A DNA stretch of 64,000 bases. It comes from Terriglobia bacterium (GTDB lineage: Bacteria > Acidobacteriota > Terriglobia > Acidiferrales > UBA7541). Where the stretch lies: assembly GCA_963803105.1 (NCBI GenBank), contig CAWDLF010000003.1:25518-89517 (forward strand). The letters are read 5' to 3'. This document shows positions 36,027 to 44,306 of the stretch, piece after piece. Numbering within the stretch: position 1 is the stretch's first letter; each line of letters begins with the position of its first letter. The position numbers and the translations under genes were made by a program. The notes under the pieces were generated by a model. It was given only the letters and a program-made list of their open reading frames with translations, was not told where the DNA came from and did no database searches.

Positions 36027-39000
36027 ATGCACATCTCGGCTCCATTCATTAAGAGGCCGGTGGGCACCATGCTGCTCACGTTGGCGGTGCTTCTCGCCGG
36101 CTCTATTGCCTACCACTTCCTGCCGGTGGGTCCGTTACCGGAAGTGGAATTTCCGACCATTCAAGTTCAAGGCGGGTTGCCGGGCGCGAGCCCGGAAACG
36201 ATGGCCTCGGCCGTTGCCACGCCGCTCGAACGTCAGTTCGGCCGCATTGCCGGCATCACTGAAATGACGTCGACTAGCATGCTCGGCTCGACCAACATCA
36301 CGCTGCAATTCGATCTGAGCCGCAATATCGATGCGGCCGCGCGTGACGTGCAAGCGGCCATCAATGCCTCCGCGGGACAACTCCCGCCGGGCTGCCCAAC
36401 CTTCCGACGTATCGCAAGGTGAATCCCGCCGATGCTCCCATTCTGATTTTGGCGTTGACCTCTGAGACGCTGCCCGTGAGCGCCCTGTACGACGCCGCGG
36501 ACTCGATCATTTCGCAGAAGATTTCGCAGGTGAGCGGCGTCGGCCAAGTGACCGTCGGCGGAGGTGCCCGGCCCGCCGTGCGTGTGGAGCTGAATCCCAC
36601 CGTTTTGGCGAAATACGGTCTCAGCTTGGAGCAGGTGCGCACGGCGCTGACGCAATTCAACGCCAATACACCCAAAGGGTCGGTTTCCAACGGAGCCACA
36701 CGGTGGGTTTTGACTGCCAATGACCAGCTGTTTGACCCCGGGCGCTACCGCGATCTCATTGTCGCCTATAGGAACGGAGCGCCGGTGCGCCTTGGGGATA
36801 TCGCCGACGTCCGCGAGTCGGTCGAGAATTTGTACGCAGCCGGCCTTGTGGACAGCAAGCCGGCCATCGTTATCATCATCAATCGGCAGCCGGGAGCCAA
36901 CATCGTCGGCACCGTCGACAACGTGATGGCCATGCTTCCCTCGGTGAAAGCGTCGATCCCCGCGGCCATGAATTTGATGGTCGAACACGACCGCACACAG
37001 ACGATTCGCGCTTCGGTAAAGGACATCCAGGGAACCTTGCTGCTCACTGTCTTTCTCGTCGTAATGGTAATCTTTGCCTTTCTGCGCAGCGTGCGCGCCA
37101 CCATCATTCCCGCCGTGGCCGTGCCGGTCTCCCTGGTTGGTACCTTTGGGGTGATGTATTTGGTCGGCTATTCAGTGGACAACTTATCGCTGATGGCGCT
37201 GACCATCGTCACAGGCTTCGTCGTCGATGACGCCATCGTGGTCATCGAGAATATTACCCGCTATCTCGAAGCCGGCATGGCGCCCTATGAAGCGGCGTTG
37301 AAGGGCTCTGCCGAAATTGGCTTTACGGTGCTCTCCATGAGCACTTCCTTGGTGGCAGTATTCATTCCCATTCTCATGATGGGCGGCATCGTGGGGCGGT
37401 TGTTCCGCGAGTTCGCCGTCACCTTGAGCGTGGCGATCGGAATGTCACTGCTGGTCTCGCTGACCGTCACACCCATGATGTGCGCGACGATCCTGAAGCC
37501 GGCCAAGAAGGAAGGCCACAACTGGCTCTATCGCACAAGCGAAAGTGGTTTCAACGCGCTCCTGGCGGCCTACGAACGCGGCGTCATATGGGTTTTGAAA
37601 CATCAGCCGTTTACGCTCGGCGCGACCATCGCCACCGTTTGCCTCAGCATCTTGCTCTACTGGTACATTCCCAAGGGATTTTTCCCGCAGCAGGACATCG
37701 GCTCGCTGGGCGGAGCGATCCTTGGCGCGCAGGACATTTCTTTCGACATGATGCGCCAGAAGCAAAAGCAATACAGTGACATCGTGATGGCTGATCCGGC
37801 CGTTGGCAGCGTGACGGCCTTTGTTGGCGGCAACGCCATGAATAGCGGGCGGCTGATGGTGCACTTGAAACCGCGCGACCAAAGGGACGCCAGCGCCGAC
37901 CAGGTAATTGGGCGGCTTCGCAGGAAACTGGCCACCGTTCCTGGTGGGCAGCTTTTCCTACAGGCTGATCAGGACATCCGTGTCGGCGGGCGCCAGGCCA
38001 ACTCCCAGTATCAGTTCACGCTGGAGAGTGAAGACATCGATGAGCTGAACCGCTGGGCCCCGATCGTGTACGACAAGCTCAAGACGCTCCCTGAACTGCG
38101 TGATCTGTCGACCGACCAGCAGGTTGCCGGTCTTGAAGCCAATCTGGTGATCGATCGCGACACTGCCTATCGACTGGGCATACCGGCGCAAACGATCGAC
38201 AACACGTTGTACGATGCCTTCGGCCAGCGGCAGGTCTCCACACTGTACGCGCCGATGAACGAGTATCACGTGGTCATGGAAGTGAGTAACGCTTTCCAGC
38301 AGAATCCCGACGCATTGAAAAACATATACGTGACATCTTCGACCGGTGCGCAGGTGCCCTTGAGCTCCTTTACGCACTACGAAGCGAAGACCACATCGCT
38401 CTCTGTGAACCATCAGGGGCAGTTTCCCGCCATCACGCTTTCTTTCAACCTCGCTCCCAACGTGGCCTTGGGAGATGCGGTCACGGCCGTGGAGGTTGCT
38501 GCGCGAGACGCGGGGATGCCCAGCACGATTCAAGCCAGCTTCCAGGGCACGGCGCAGGCCTTCCAATCTTCTTTGAAGAACGAGCCGATTCTGATTCTCG
38601 CCGCCATCTCTGCGGTCTACATAGTGCTGGGGATGCTGTATGAGAGTTACATCCACCCGATCACGATTCTTTCCACGCTGCCATCGGCGGGCGTGGGCGC
38701 TTTGTTGGCGTTGTTGATTTGCCGCACGGACTTGAGCGTGATCGCGCTGATTGGCATCATTTTGCTTATCGGAATCGTGAAGAAGAACGCCATTATGATG
38801 GTGGACTTCGCCATCGATACCGAGCGTAAGCACGGCAAGTCGCCGGAGGACGCCATTTACGAAGCCTGCATGCTGCGCTTCCGCCCCATCATGATGACCA
38901 CCATGGCGGCCCTGCTCGGCGGTTTGCCCCTGGCTCTCGGCACCGGAACGGGATCGGAACTGCGCCGGCCGCTCGGAATCAGCATCGTAGGAGGCTTGCT

Positions 39001-39151
39001 CGTCAGCCAGCTGCTGACACTGTTTACCACTCCGGTTGTGTATCTCTATATGGATCGGCTCCGCGTCTTCTTGCAGGGCCCCAAGCGCGCGTCTGCGAAG
39101 CGCCCTGTGGACTTGCGACCCTCCACTCCGTCTGCTTCACCGCTCGCCTGA
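36027..39151 (+). pseudogene. mdtC: RND multidrug efflux permease (MdtC/MuxC-like) interrupted by a single -1 frameshift near 36389-36392
   Basis: ORFs 36027..36422 and 36419..39151 are the N- and C-terminal parts of one AcrB-family protein. Adding one base in the GGG run restores ...[25 protein letters not shown]..., which parallels [22 protein letters not shown] in the upstream paralog. Confidence 0.85.
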
Positions 39152-39225
39152 TCGTTCCCTAGTCACCCCGATAGCTCCATGCCGTCGTATGCCTGTGATA
39201 AACTATGCCAGTTGTTTTTCCGTGT

Positions 39226-39302
39226 GCGCTCGTAGCTCAGCTGGATAGAGCGTCTGCCTACGAAGCAGAAGGTCCGGTGTTCGAATCACCGCGGGCGCAC
39301 CA
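39226..39302 (+). tRNA. tRNA-Arg (anticodon ACG)
   Basis: The 77-nt sequence folds by eye into a cloverleaf. Acceptor GCGCTCG/CGGGCGC, D arm GCTC..GAGC, anticodon arm TCTGC-CTACGAA-GCAGA, T arm CGGTG-TTCGAAT-CACCG, discriminator A and an encoded CCA. Confidence 0.95.
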
Positions 39303-39305
39303 TTC
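39258..39305 (+). repeat. att copy 1 (inside the intact tRNA-Arg, from the anticodon loop to 3 nt past CCA)
   Basis: The 48-bp string ctacgaagcagaaggtccggtgttcgaatcaccgcgggcgcaccattc is identical to 43239-43286. Confidence 0.9.
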
Positions 39306-39319
39306 ATTTCCTCAATGTT

Positions 39320-40510
39320 TTATTGAGTGTTTGCAAGGACAGCCTCCTCCACGGCTGCTTCTGCTTGACGCCCATTAGCGCCCAATACGGGGTTAGAAGT
39401 GAGTGTTCTGGGAAGTTCAAAACCAACTCCCATCGACAACGCCACATCCTTGCGGAACTGCAAATCATCGCGCACCCGGTCATAGCGGTCTGACATGTCT
39501 CGCCCGGCGTGGCCCATCCAAAACTTGAGCAGGCCGTCCGGACAATGCAGGTTGCGAAGATGCGTGTTCCTGAAGCGGCGGAAAGCATGGAAGCCGCAAC
39601 GTGGGATTTTGAGGCTGTCTAGTAGGGGATGAAGTTCCCGCCGCAGCGTGTTGCTTTGGCCCATCGGAGTCCCCGTGTCGGTCTCGAAGATGAAACCAGA
39701 CGAACGGTTTCCGATGTAGGTCTTGAGCAGGCTGGCAACGTCCGGGTGCAGATCAACGACGCGAAAGGCATTCATCGTCTTGGGTTTCAGCACCTTGCCG
39801 TTCCAAACCCCTTGCTCGACTTTGACAGACGAACCATCGAAGTGCCGGACTTCAAGGGCGCATAGCTCCCCGGCCCTCAGCCCGGTAGCCGCGAACAAGA
39901 GGGCTGCCATTCGCATCCGTCCGCTCGCTGCTTTCACAAGTTCAGCAACCTGCACACCTGTGAACGAGGGTTTTCGTTGTCTCGTCTCGTCAATGGCGGG
40001 TAGGTCTATGAATTTGTGGTTCCATGTCGTCGGAAAAAGCTGATCGCCTTCACCGTTTACCACGCTGGCTTTCACCAACTTCACCACGAGGACAATGCTA
40101 CGGATGGACGTTGGTGAAAGCTTTTTCTTTGCCAAGCGTTCAACGAGCGAGCGCACTGCACCGTTGCCGATATCCGACAAAGGCACTTCACCGATGCGCG
40201 GATACAGGTGTTTTCGGAGGATGCTTCGCCAGTTATGGGAAACGCTTGGTTTGATCGGCGTACTTCGGTTTTCGCACTGCTCGATCCACCGCATCGCGGC
40301 CGTGCGAAAAGTTGGAGTTGTTATTCGGGAAGGAGCTACGAGATTCTTATTTACAGCGACGAGTTCAGCTTGCATCGCGTTCAATGCACTCCGACGTGTA
40401 GGTAGATCGTCGAAGCCGCCGAGGAACTTCTGCACGCGGGCGGCGTCGCCGTTGTCCTTGATCGAAATAGTCCTCGTAAAGCCTAACTGCCCAGCCGTGA
40501 GTTGTTTCAA
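39320..40510 (-). CDS. int: Tyrosine-type site-specific integrase (phage integrase family)
   Basis: 396 aa. The C-terminal catalytic region has GLRAGELCAL (Arg), HAFRRFRNTHL (His-x-x-Arg) and GHAGRDMSDRY (His...Tyr). The stop lies 17 nt from the tRNA 3' end. Confidence 0.95.
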   Translation of the reverse strand: MKQLTAGQLGFTRTISIKDNGDAARVQKFLGGFDDLPTRRSALNAMQAELVAVNKNLVAPSRITTPTFRTAAMRWIEQCENRSTPIKPSVSHNWRSILRKHLYPRIGEVPLSDIGNGAVRSLVERLAKKKLSPTSIRSIVLVVKLVKASVVNGEGDQLFPTTWNHKFIDLPAIDETRQRKPSFTGVQVAELVKAASGRMRMAALLFAATGLRAGELCALEVRHFDGSSVKVEQGVWNGKVLKPKTMNAFRVVDLHPDVASLLKTYIGNRSSGFIFETDTGTPMGQSNTLRRELHPLLDSLKIPRCGFHAFRRFRNTHLRNLHCPDGLLKFWMGHAGRDMSDRYDRVRDDLQFRKDVALSMGVGFELPRTLTSNPVLGANGRQAEAAVEEAVLANTQ

Positions 40511-40604
40511 TCAATTGCCCGTCCTGGTGCCGTCTGCGGCTCAAAGTTCTCTCTCCTTTGAACCCGTCAACGGCGCGCGATTGTTTCGTTCTTTACGTGA
40601 GCAC

Positions 40605-40853
40605 ATGTCTCGCATGGCGTCGGACGAGCAATTGGCAACAGCGGCTGGTGCTGTAGAACGTGCGAAAGACAAGGTCCGAACAGCGGTTCAAGAGGAAGCT
40701 CAATCGATCAACGAGCGCAACGCCGTTGAGGACAGGTTGCTGGCCGCTCGCGGAGAACTCGCTGCGATTATGCAACAGGAGTACAGAATCAAGGCAGAGC
40801 TGGATGGGGAGTCGTATCGTGATCCAGAACTAGGCTTGGATGTACCAGCTTAA
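40605..40853 (+). CDS. Small coiled-coil protein (82 aa), divergent from the integrase
   Basis: ATG at 40605. The charged heptad-like sequence is EEAQSINERNAVEDRLLAARGELAAIMQQEYRIKAELD. The longer ORF annotation overlaps the integrase and was trimmed. Confidence 0.4.
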   Translation: MSRMASDEQLATAAGAVERAKDKVRTAVQEEAQSINERNAVEDRLLAARGELAAIMQQEYRIKAELDGESYRDPELGLDVPA

Positions 40854-41111
40854 CGAGTTTGTCGATGCGGCCGCATCCGTGTCGACAAAAAGCGCCAGGG
40901 GCGGGAACTGAAGAGCCGTGCATCTGGCACCGTCGGACGCTCCGAATGACGTCCGACACAAGATCCCAGTTCCATAATAAATACTCAAGGAACAGGAACG
41001 GTTGGAGAGCTTGGGGGTTCTTCCGCACCCCCCGATGACTCTCTTCCCCCAAGTGCGATCTTCGTACTAGGAACAGCGGGCAACTGGTCGTCTGCAGGCG
41101 CGAATGCAGCG

Positions 41112-41456
41112 ATGATTGCCACCGCGCCTGCGGTTCTAGCAGCTGCTGGTGCCGTCGGTGGGGTCGCTGTTGTTGGGGAAATTGCTTCATCGATCGGGAG
41201 CACGATATCGGCGGTTTCGGCGACGGTTTGGCAGACCGGAGTAGCCGTTGCGGGTACCGCCGCTGCAATCGGATCCGCGTTAAACACGTGGACCATGCAG
41301 ATTGAAGCCGCTAACCCAGCACTCACACTCACTATCGTCAGTTTGGCAAATGGGTTCGAGGCGGGTGAAGATTCGTCGGCTCCAGAGCTCGATGATTTTG
41401 TAAACCGATTGGGATGGGCTATAAACATCATAGGGCAACTGGCAGACTGGTGGTAG
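41112..41456 (+). CDS. Small Ala/Gly-rich hydrophobic protein (114 aa) ending in ...GQLADWW
   Basis: This is the first possible start in an open frame. It lies 27 nt upstream of the CPBP protease gene on the same strand. All other frames here are also open, so strand choice rests on operon logic. Confidence 0.4.
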   Translation: MIATAPAVLAAAGAVGGVAVVGEIASSIGSTISAVSATVWQTGVAVAGTAAAIGSALNTWTMQIEAANPALTLTIVSLANGFEAGEDSSAPELDDFVNRLGWAINIIGQLADWW

Positions 41457-41483
41457 ATTGCGTCAAGTAGAAAACATTGCCGG

Positions 41484-42260
41484 TTGATAACGAGGCATCT
41501 TCAGTCAGCAATCTGCTATCAAGGGAGGACCTTGACCGAGCTGAACGCTTTTTTAGCGCTTGTGGCATTTCCACTCATCTGGCTCGTAACCCCAGAGCCA
41601 GTGTCCAACCGTTGGGTTCGGCAGCACCAATCGCCAGCTCTGCCTCCGGATATCGCGGCACAATCAGAGAAGAATGGCCGATACCTTTCCTTCGTCAAGT
41701 ACGCATTACTCCTAGTCGTCCTTCGTTTGCTTGCCGCACAAGACTTTCGAAACATCATTTCGCTCGACGAACATTCCCGTCCGTGGCGGCAAATCATACC
41801 AGTGGCGATAGCGGCGGGACTTCTATTATTTGGTTTGCGGCGCCTCATCGTTTTTGTATCCCCAGCGATAGCCTGTACCGAAGATCATGATTACCTTCTC
41901 CGGGGCCCGGTCTCCCTGTGGTTGCTGATTTTTGCGGTGGGGGCCTTCACCGAAGAGTTATGGAGAGCGTTATGTATATCAGGTTTGCAGCGAAATGATC
42001 TCAACGCAATAGCAGCTGATCTCGTGGCGGCGTGCTTCTTCTCTGTTACTCACTTGATGGGCAGACCCTCCCGAATCCCAGAGGGGGTCGGCAATGTCGG
42101 TTCCGAGATGTTGGTGGGTTTGGTACTTGGTGGGCTATTTATACAGTCTGGGACCTTTGTTCCAGCAGCTCTTGCCAGCATAATTTACTACATCACTAAC
42201 CTGTACTGGCTTCGGCGCCGATTCAGAACCTCGTTGATGGGTGACAGAAGACGTCGATGA
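41484..42260 (+). CDS. CPBP family intramembrane glutamic endopeptidase (CAAX protease / Abi / bacteriocin self-immunity family)
   Basis: Multi-TM protein with motif 1 FTEELWRAL (EExxxR) and motif 2 FFSVTHL (FxxxH). A C-terminal helix IIYYITNLY occupies the motif-3 position. The start is uncertain (TTG at 41484 or TTG at 41532 after AAGGGAGGA). Confidence 0.8.
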   Translation: MITRHLQSAICYQGRTLTELNAFLALVAFPLIWLVTPEPVSNRWVRQHQSPALPPDIAAQSEKNGRYLSFVKYALLLVVLRLLAAQDFRNIISLDEHSRPWRQIIPVAIAAGLLLFGLRRLIVFVSPAIACTEDHDYLLRGPVSLWLLIFAVGAFTEELWRALCISGLQRNDLNAIAADLVAACFFSVTHLMGRPSRIPEGVGNVGSEMLVGLVLGGLFIQSGTFVPAALASIIYYITNLYWLRRRFRTSLMGDRRRR

Positions 42261-43031
42261 TGCCTGGTTCCTTCCAATGCGCTCGCGAGTAGGACAGATC
42301 CGGGAGGCCCGCAATCGGGACCAGCGCGGCACTCAGAACGCGAGCGATCGTCCTGGAAGGAAAGCGATTTGCCGGACGCCTCAGAATATCTGACTCAAAC
42401 CCCCTGATCTTTCTACCAGTCTGCTACCACTTATCTCCTCTTGGTGTCCAGCGCTGTCCGGTTGTGTCCACTCGAAGTTTGCAATAGGCAGAGCAAGATT
42501 GGGTAAATCGCAGCTTTTCCTAGCATTCCAGGAAAGGTCTGCGGAAGAAGGTGTTTCAACCTCCGACGGCTTTTGTCATCGAATTGTCATCGAGAGTTGC
42601 TTCCGGAGCCTAAAAACACCTAAAGCATCATCACTAAACGACTGTCTTATCAACGGCACCTAACACGGCAGAACGTCGGATTGTCCTTGAGAGGGACAAA
42701 TCCCTTCAAACAACCATGCTTTTCTAAGGTCGCGGCTATCTGGAGCGACACTGGCCGGCGCAGTCGTGGTCAAGCGCGCGCGGCTCTGGGTCGAGCTTGA
42801 ACACCCGCGGCGGCGAAGAGCCAGCAGACATCCCCACAGTGTCGAGGTCACTTCGATTCCGAGAGGAGGCGTCTGAAGCTAACGCTCTACCGATGACAGC
42901 CAAAGAGCGGGGCATTTCGAGTACGGAAAAAGTACGGAAGCCGCGATGAAACAGCCCAAATAACCGCAATTCCACCGAATGACGGAAACGGAACTCATTG
43001 ATTCCAAATAACTGGAATAGCGACAGTCTGA

Positions 43032-43076
43032 CTGTGGCACCGAGGGTCGCGGGTTCAATCCCCGTCGCTCACCCCA
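43032..43076 (+). pseudogene. 3' fragment of a tRNA-His gene (anticodon loop CTGTGGC through ...CGCTCAC-C-CCA)
   Basis: T arm GCGGG-TTCAATC-CCCGT, acceptor 3' strand CGCTCAC, His-specific discriminator C and CCA. GTG sits in a 7-nt loop context. No matching 5' half (GTGAGCG, D arm) lies upstream. Confidence 0.6.
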
Positions 43077-43238
43077 ACCCCTTCCCCAATGTTTTAGCGG
43101 GTTGTAGCAAGAGCACCCTCGGTTTGGGCGATAGGGGCCTGACGCCCAATAACGCCCTTTGAGACCACTAAAATTCGAGAGAGTTTTCACTTATAAACCG
43201 CGCGCCGTCAACAGGTTAGCGAATTTTGTATTGTTTAG

Positions 43239-43286
43239 CTACGAAGCAGAAGGTCCGGTGTTCGAATCACCGCGGGCGCACCATTC
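43239..43286 (+). repeat. att copy 2 (48/48 identical to the tRNA-Arg 3' part)
   Basis: Direct comparison with 39258-39305. Confidence 0.9.
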
Positions 43287-43373
43287 TATTTCTCGTCCTT
43301 CGCATTCAGTAACTCTTCCTAGACACTTCTCCGTGACACATCTCCTCCGGAGGTGAGTTGTTAAGCTTGGTAA

Positions 43374-43943
43374 CTACTTTTTGTTGAGGTCGTCGTCCTT
43401 GTAATATTTCGTACCTTGCAGGGTCAATTGGAGGGCGAGGCCATTCTTGGTGATCTGGTAGACCCACACTCCCGGGGCAACTTCAGCCGCTCCCGAGTAA
43501 GCTCCACCCTTCTCGCCCACTTTGGCAGCAGCGTCCACTTGCCCTGAACCGGACCAGCCCGAGTTCAGAAATTTTGCTAGTACCTTGTTGTTCGCGAAGA
43601 CGAACACCGCGGCATAGTCTTTCACTCCGAGGCCCAGACCGGCACCGACTGAACCCATCTTCATGAAGGTCTCTTGCTTGGTCTTGTTGTTGACGGCCAG
43701 TCCTGAACCGCGTGCGGTGCTCAACAGCAATACGTTCACGCCCATGTTGTCGAAAACAGCGTATCCCGCGGCTTTCTGGATAGTTGCTTGGGAGGTGGGT
43801 TCCATCTTGTACAAATCCTGCAAGGCCTCGGTGGCCATCTTGCGGGTTTTATCCCTTTTTTCGTCGTTGTCATCTGCGGCAATGCATAGACCTGCGGAGA
43901 GCATCGTCATCGCCAGAATCGAGGCGATCATCCTGATTTTCAC
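43374..43943 (-). CDS. SYLF (Ysc84/DUF500-like) lipid-binding domain protein, secreted
   Basis: AAGGAAGGA RBS before the GTG at 43943 (an ATG at 43931 is the alternative) and a signal peptide. The Gly-rich SYLF-like core is GSGLAVNNKT...GSVGAGLGLGVKDY...GWSGSGQVDAAA. Confidence 0.75.
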   Translation of the reverse strand: MKIRMIASILAMTMLSAGLCIAADDNDEKRDKTRKMATEALQDLYKMEPTSQATIQKAAGYAVFDNMGVNVLLLSTARGSGLAVNNKTKQETFMKMGSVGAGLGLGVKDYAAVFVFANNKVLAKFLNSGWSGSGQVDAAAKVGEKGGAYSGAAEVAPGVWVYQITKNGLALQLTLQGTKYYKDDDLNKK

Positions 43944-44116
43944 TGGGATCCTTCCTTTCCGGAGTCCGGCGGCCACGTTCTGAGCTTGTTGATCCCCACA
44001 GACGCGAAGAGGCCTCCTGCCCATCGACTCAAACTAAAACTCCAGGTCTCCTGGTGTAGCTGATCCCCAAAGCAGGGACAACTAGGGCTTTCCCTAGGGC
44101 GGTGTTTGAGAGCTGG

Positions 44117-44151
44117 AGGTCCGGTGTTCGAATCACCGCGGGCGCACCATT
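44117..44151 (+). repeat. att copy 3 (35 bp identical to the tRNA-Arg T arm, acceptor and CCA plus 2 nt)
   Basis: aggtccggtgttcgaatcaccgcgggcgcaccatt matches 39270-39304. The flank after it (tttctctcgt) resembles the flank after copy 2 (tatttctcgt). Confidence 0.85.
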
Positions 44152-44306
44152 TTTCTCTCGTAACTCTAACCTCCGTATCGTCCCGTCATTTGTTGTAATC
44201 CCGAAAAGCTGGCCACCACCGGCTCGGTTTGTCCTATGATGTGAGCATCCTAGCCCGGACGACTCGTCGTTTTGCGTTCAAATCTCGGTTTCAGTGGAGA
44301 GAAATC

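Larger units (their letters stand above)
39303..44151. mobile_element. Composite integrative island at tRNA-Arg (integrase module 39303-43286 plus islet 43287-44151)
   Basis: The intact tRNA is followed by an adjacent tyrosine integrase and two downstream direct copies of the tRNA 3' end. The interval is visibly more AT-rich and ORF-poor than its flanks. Confidence 0.75.

Noticed and set aside
40789-41431. Two minus-strand ORFs (40789..41268 and 40985..41431) overlapping the Ala/Gly-rich ORF
   Set aside because: All frames are open here because of composition. The plus-strand ORF was preferred only because it sits 27 nt upstream of, and co-oriented with, the CPBP gene. The choice remains uncertain and is flagged in the finding.
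42855-42905. Minus-strand stretch resembling a tRNA D arm (..TCATCGGTAGAGCG..) with an adjacent GCGTT-AGCTTCA-GACGC hairpin
   Set aside because: It could not be folded into a cloverleaf. The D loop would be about 17 nt, the hairpin loop lacks U33, and there is no T arm or acceptor pairing. At most it is a badly decayed remnant.
42879-43190. 103-aa minus-strand ORF
   Set aside because: It overlaps the tRNA-His 3' fragment and lies in the decayed island tail. It has no RBS and no motifs.
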